Shown: positions 58,344-64,000 of the stretch, piece after piece
How the letters are laid out: every line of letters starts with the position of its first letter
Numbering within the stretch: position 1 is the stretch's first letter
Assembly: GCA_964016885.1 (NCBI GenBank)
Contig: OZ024752.1
Location: forward strand, 12,462,001 to 12,526,000
DNA length: 64,000 bases
Source of the DNA: Eledone cirrhosa
Taxonomy: Eukaryota
Reading direction: 5' to 3'
Notes under the pieces: model-generated
Databases searched by the model: none
What the model saw: only the letters and a program-made list of their open reading frames with translations
Told to the model about the DNA's origin: nothing
Program-made: the position numbers and the translations under genes

Positions 58344-58424
58344 GCACTACTGAGGAACGATGCCTACCGTGACTAACCCCACTGAAAAGTTTCGTGAAAT
58401 AGTCTTTTTAAGACTATATAGTGC
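58344..58424 (+). ncRNA. Type I hammerhead ribozyme in a ~400-bp non-coding unit (58276-58680) flanked by (TA)n
   Basis: gcacta-CTGAGGA-acga...tcgt-GAAA-tagtctt(ttt)aagacta-TA-tagtgc; all three helices pair perfectly; predicted cut after 58418. Confidence 0.88.
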
Positions 58425-58675
58425 ATTTGTAGATATTTCCAAATTGACGGATAAGTATTTACTCTTAATTTTATTTTGAGTTAAGATTCTATTGGTTTTT
58501 TCCCCGGATTACACAAAATCTGTGGAGAAAATTTCTGGTCTTGACTTGTTTTGAATTGGGATTAAATTATTTTCCCATATCTTACGTTAAATATTTTTCA
58601 TCTTGACGTAATAGTCACTTATATGTCTGAATTACTGTTGGCTTCTTGCTTTCATTAATTTCTCTATTTATATAT

Positions 58676-58716
<41 letters not shown>

Positions 58717-58720
58717 AACA

Positions 58721-58779
<59 letters not shown>

Positions 58780-58825
58780 CGTAAAATAAGAAAATTATAA
58801 AATTAACTTAATTACTAAAATTTCA

Positions 58826-58904
58826 CTCCAACTAATTAGTTTCTGAAAGGGAATAAACATAGTTTCCGAAGAAACGTACGGAGAAGCCTTTCGTCATCAG
58901 GGAA
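58826..58904 (-). ncRNA. Type I hammerhead ribozyme, family of 4655-4734
   Basis: Reverse complement: ttcc-CTGATGA-c-gaaagg...cctttc-a-GAAAC-taatta-GTT-ggag. Confidence 0.75.
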
Positions 58905-59134
58905 GTCTATTCCCAGCTAAGTTTCCAGGCAATACGTGGACAAGGGGAACTTATACAAAAATAATTCAGTGGATGGAAAAAAGCAAAGCGTGGACTAAAT
59001 TCCAAGCCACTGAAAAAAATCACTGCCTACTGCGTCGGTGGCAAATTCAAAAGAATCAGTCACGTGACATCGAGGTCAATCAGTGAAGAGTGGTTTGTTA
59101 GGAAGACAGCAGCCGGACCGTTACTATAGTAGCA

Positions 59135-59186
<52 letters not shown>

Positions 59187-59188
59187 GC

Positions 59189-59219
<31 letters not shown>

Positions 59220-59392
59220 TAAATTAGCGAGAATCGTATTTCGGCTTTGGAATTAGCGAAAAACAACTTCCGAGATGTGTGGCAAGCGCTCAATAATTCT
59301 GACGAACCAGAGCTACAACATACGTTAAAGGCCAAACACACTTAGATGATGGTTAAACCGTCATCTGCACACATATATATAAATATATATAT

Positions 59393-59733
59393 CACCCCAC
59401 CCCACCCCCACCCCATCCACACCGCCCCCTTCTATGTAAAGTTATGTTGGTGCCACACCATCCAGGCCGAAACAAATGAGATCGTGTAGGTGTCACGACA
59501 AAAAAACACAGTCCACGCTGTAATGTGGCCGTGTAGGCAACGCGGTAAAAACCTCCCAGACCCACACTGTAAATGTGGTTGGTGTTAGGAAGGGCATCCA
59601 ACTGTAGAAAACCTGCCAGACAGTCCTATGCGAGCAAGACAATCACTCTTGCCTCAAGTGGGAAAACCCCCGTCCAAACCCATGCAAGCGTGGAACACGG
59701 ACGTTAAACGTTGATGATGATGATGATGATGAT
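59393..59733 (+). mobile_element. 5'-truncated RTE 3' UTR with (GAT)n
   Basis: Matches the reverse complement of 43576-43900. Confidence 0.85.
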
Positions 59734-59965
59734 ATACATATACATATATATATATACATACATTTATATATATACATTTATATATATATATATACATTTA
59801 TATATATATATATATACTTTATATATATATATACATTTATATATATATATATACATTTATATATATATATATACATTTATATATATATATACATTTATAT
59901 ATATATATATACATTTATATATATACATACATTTATATATATACATACATTTATATATATACATT

Positions 59966-59996
<31 letters not shown>

Positions 59997-60107
59997 ATAC
60001 ATAACGAAGGAATTGTGGTAAGGAACCAGATGGACCATAACGCACCAGAGTACTCGAAATAGCCGTCGAAACGGCTTGAGCTCTGCCGTTGGGGTCATAC
60101 TTTTTCC

Positions 60108-60151
<44 letters not shown>

Positions 60152-61058
60152 TATATACATATATAAATACATAAATGGAGAAAGCTATTAGCGATACTCC
60201 GACCAATTTCCATCTCACTCAACAAACATTAGGAAATACCGGAGTATATTCCCAATTAAACGTTTGGGGTGCTAACTATATTGTATTATGTGGAAAATCG
60301 GCTGTATTATTTTAAATGAGATATATTAAAATCTCATTCCCCATACGATCGTTTCATTATAATATTTCTACATGGTGGGTGAAATTTTACCAAGTTATGT
60401 AGAAGCTTGCCTAAGATCAATAGATTCTCATGCAAGTGGGCTTTTATAAATCTTCAGTGGGTGCCCAATAATATCAATATTAATAACTTAAATCAACATT
60501 AATATTTAGCGATAATCTCCAAGAGCTGCCTAGGTTGTGTGTCCAGCAGTTCTAAAGAAAATCTCACTCTCCCCAAATGGAAGGAGGAAGACATCGCGAA
60601 AAATAAAATATAATAATTGTTTCTACTTTTTGACACAAGGCCAGCACATACCCAGTACATTACTGGTACTTTATTTTATCGACCCCGTAAGGATGAAAGG
60701 CAAAGTTAACCTCGGCGGGATAAAATAAAATAATATACATGCAGGTCATTGAACTCTGTCAAGAATTCAAGCCACGTGTGAAGAACTCAATTGGATATTA
60801 AAAAAAAAAAAAATATGTATGCACTGTTTTAAGGACACATAGAGGTATTTTCTCAGGCAAAATAGCAGATATGAGATACAGGAACAAACAATCAATATTC
60901 ATATAAAAAAATAAATAAAAACAGTCATACCTTTATATCGGGAAACTTCATGTCTTGATGGTTCAATTCCAGTATTAGCAGTCAATTCCAGTATTGACTG
61001 CCAATACTGGAATTGATCCATCAAGACCGTTGAGGTATGTCATACATCAATTCATGTA

Positions 61059-61121
61059 TTTTATCTGACGAGGATGTACTGAAAAAAACAGCACAGTACC
61101 TTCGAAATATATATAATAAAA
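61059..61121 (+). ncRNA. Type I hammerhead ribozyme, preceded by a hairpin at 60952-61027
   Basis: ttttat-CTGACGA-ggat-gtactg...cagtac-cttc-GAAA-tatat-ATA-ataaaa. Confidence 0.7.
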
Positions 61122-61194
61122 TATATATTTTGATTTTGTGAATGTCTTCATTTATTAATATTCTGAATAATATTAATAACTCCAGAAAACTTCG

Positions 61195-61845
61195 CAAGTA
61201 TGACATCAATCTGGGGTCTAGTCAGGTCACTATTGTTCATGGCCATAATTAGTGCCTTATTTAATAGGATAGGGGAAATAGAGATGTAGTATGAATTGAT
61301 ATCAAATTGAATACATTTTTTTATCTTTGTTTTCCTTGATATCCTTGAACCATTCAATAACTTCACCCGTATTTCCTCATTGTTTAAGGTATATTTTGCG
61401 TTTAATCTGTGGGATGATTTTATCTAAAATTTTCTTGCTGATAATACCAATGTCAGACTTGGAAGGGCAGATTAGTCTATTCGAGGGGTTGCTAATGAAA
61501 TCCTCCTTATGGTCCTTCAGAATCTAGGGGGGTTTGGGGTGTATGGTTGTGTATGTCTCTGAAGTCCTAGTTTGGATACTATATTACATCCTTCTATATT
61601 AATTTCTTCTAAGTTTTTCATAGTAGTTTTCTTGTAGTTCATTATATATAAACTTTCTATATGTATCATAATCTAGGCTGTATATGTTATTAGTTTTGTC
61701 CGCATGTACAATAATTTTACTACTTGTTTTGAATTCATTAATAGAGGTGTTAAGTTTGTTTAAGAAGGTGTTGTTTTTATTACGATGCTTTTTATATTTA
61801 ATGTTCTTAACTAGTTTTATTAGGTCATTTTCAAAGGAGTTTACT
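61195..61845 (-). mobile_element. Degenerate PLE RT fragment, family similar to 7900-8475
   Basis: Translates to ..HADKTNNIY...[35 protein letters not shown]...CIQFDINSYY.SI. Confidence 0.7.
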
Positions 61846-61961
61846 AGTGTGTTGTGAGAGGGGGGGGGGACTTAATACTCCCCCTCTCTCTATATATATA
61901 ATACTCTCTCTCTCTATATATATAATACTCTATATATATATAATACTCTCTTTCTATATAA

Positions 61962-61999
<38 letters not shown>

Positions 62000-62026
62000 C
62001 TATATATATATAGTATTATATATATG

Positions 62027-62369
62027 TGTGACCTCTTCAGGCAGTCCGAATTAGTGTGGTAGAGACGAGTACACATGTTGTTGACGTGTTTAACTTTGTC
62101 AATACTCTGATATGCCCAGTTCCTGGTTGGGTTGTTATTTCACTGAGGAACTGGAATCATGATTCCAGTTCCTCAGTGAAATAACAACCCAACCAGGAAC
62201 TGAGCATATCAGAGTATTGACAAAATTATACACCTCAACAACATGTGTATTTGTCTATACCACACTAATTCGGACTGCCTGAAGAGGTCACAGCCAAAGA
62301 TGGCTGTCACCGAAATATATATAGCAGTAATAAACGAAGCCAAATTTTAAACATTTGACTTATTTATTT

Positions 62370-62370
<1 letters not shown>
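62027..62370. repeat. Spacer-less ~133-bp palindrome with a tail that completes a hammerhead (62274-62328, plus)
   Basis: Centre aatcatgatt at ~62155-62164. Hammerhead: actgc-CTGAAGA-ggtcacagcca(aaga)tggctgtcacc-GAAA-tatat-ATA-gcagt. Same family as 5406-5620. Confidence 0.88.
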
Positions 62371-62453
<83 letters not shown>

Positions 62454-63322
62454 ATAAAGTATTATATTGTTCCACTGTAACAACACAACTACTAATTACA
62501 CCTACACTCTACTTTCTTAGTATCAAGTACTAAGCCGAAACATATACTTTCATTATCAAATAATTAATAGTATGTGGAACATGACACAGATTCTTACTCA
62601 GAATTATGGAAGGAGGTATTTTTAGATACATATAAACGAAGTAGTTCCGTTGATCCTTATGATGTGCTGTCGATTGTCGCATTTGGTGGTGAATTGATGG
62701 TCGTTTTAGTTCTTTTCTTTTTTCTCCCTCTTTTTGTCTATTTTTTTAAAAAAGCTAAATTTAAGATATGATGTTGTTTTATTTAAATAAATATAAAGAC
62801 TTTTAAAATATTCATAGTTGTATAAATAACATTACAAATTGTTTGCAATTCTTTCGGAATGAAAATATAAACAGAGCATATAAATAAATTTACAGTAGAA
62901 TAACATAACAAATATGTTTTAAATATATTACCTCCCTCTTAGTCCAGTCAGATCAGTTTGCAAGGTGCCGCTTACTATCTGCCAGCGCCAAATACTCAGG
63001 CGACTGAGTTGATGCCCTACCCGTGGTCAACGTCGGTGGCCTACTCAGCTTGGACGAGCTTCATCTCTCCATCGCTCTCATATATATCCTTTTTTTTATA
63101 TCTGAACTTCATTTGAATATATAAAATTTAATTAGCGTAAAATATTACTTATGTGATAGGGTCTGGGAAAGGCACCATATGCTCCTTTAAGAATCAACAA
63201 ATGTTGGGTTGTCCCCCCGCCCCTCACATTTTAAAGACAAACGAGGCCACGTATTTCATATATGTTTGTGTATTATATGTGTGAGGTTCCTAACAATGAT
63301 TAATTGTGTGTTTTATATGTGT

Positions 63323-63381
<59 letters not shown>

Positions 63382-63529
63382 AGATCAAAAGATGGTTAAA
63401 AGAGTTCCAAGTATTTTATTATGCGCATTTATTCACGTTTATAATAACATATATAATAACATATATAATGACAATGCTTACAGGAAAGTCATAAAATCAC
63501 TTATATCAACACAAGTGGATAAGTTCCTT

Positions 63530-64000
63530 CAGAAAGAAAATATAAACAGAGCATATAAATAAATTTACAGTAGAATAACATAACAAATATGTTTTAAATA
63601 TATACATAAATAACATTACAAATGCCTCGGTAACACTATAAAGGATGATACAATGAAAGATATATTCCTTCAATGTTACAATGTTAAAGAAAATGTAAAG
63701 GAAGGGGTGAACAACGGAGCCAACACCAGAGCAAAAGACAGCAACGTCGCGAGTACTGGGCAACCTCTCTAATGATTTTTGAGGCAAGCCAGCACACTGG
63801 CAGTGTTACCTCGGGTGATGGCGAGGCTGATGCGCTGAAACAGCCAAGCACCCTCGCGAGATTCGCCAGTCACCTTTATTAGGCGAGCCGCCAGTGAGGA
63901 AAGGAAGCTCGCAATCAGCAGCCCGACTCCCCCAAACGTCTCGAAAGCCACAGGCTGAAAAATGTAGCTGGCCGACAGAGCAGAGTATTTGAGGGTCTTA
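63530..64000 (-). mobile_element. CRE-like non-LTR retrotransposon 3' end (RLE C-terminus), continuing beyond the window
   Basis: YIFQPVAFETFGGVG...GESREGAWLFQRISLAITRGNTASVLACL. Confidence 0.8.

Noticed and set aside
59299-59368. Hammerhead at CTGACGA-acca...tggt-TAAAC-c-GTC
   Set aside because: G12 is missing and there is no convincing helix I; the candidates at ~3775 and ~6877 are similarly weak
62574-62771. 65-aa ORF with a hydrophobic segment
   Set aside because: GTG start, T-rich low complexity, and no recognisable motif or splice evidence

Overview
Repeat-dense, AT-rich animal genomic DNA with no supportable host gene. The huge (TA)n/(CA)n tracts and the SINE/LINE repertoire suggest a cephalopod (Octopus-like) genome; this is an inference. 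Recognisable elements are: a frameshifted Helitron Rep/Hel ORF (1-2618, minus) and several non-autonomous Helitrons; a decayed CR1-like LINE; many 5'-truncated RTE LINE ends and tRNA-derived SINEs; CRE-like and Vingi-like fragments; three minisatellites (79, 53-55 and 48 bp units); and a young Neptune-type Penelope-like element (PLE, 45903-51025) with an open RT + GIY-YIG ORF and a 1616-bp inverted duplication. The main signal not shown by the ORF track is about 24 type I hammerhead ribozyme motifs, read by eye, in about 14 sequence families. Most lie in short non-coding units inserted in (TA)n tracts, built either as 'hairpin + tail' palindromes or as ~520-550-bp terminally redundant monomers. 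They include U3-A8 core variants and covarying stems. The 3' tail of the PLE copies encodes a conserved peptide that is probably the N-terminus of the element's own protein. Together this suggests a PLE-driven, ribozyme-bearing, (TA)n-targeted retroelement system. Coordinates were counted by hand and may be off by a few bases.
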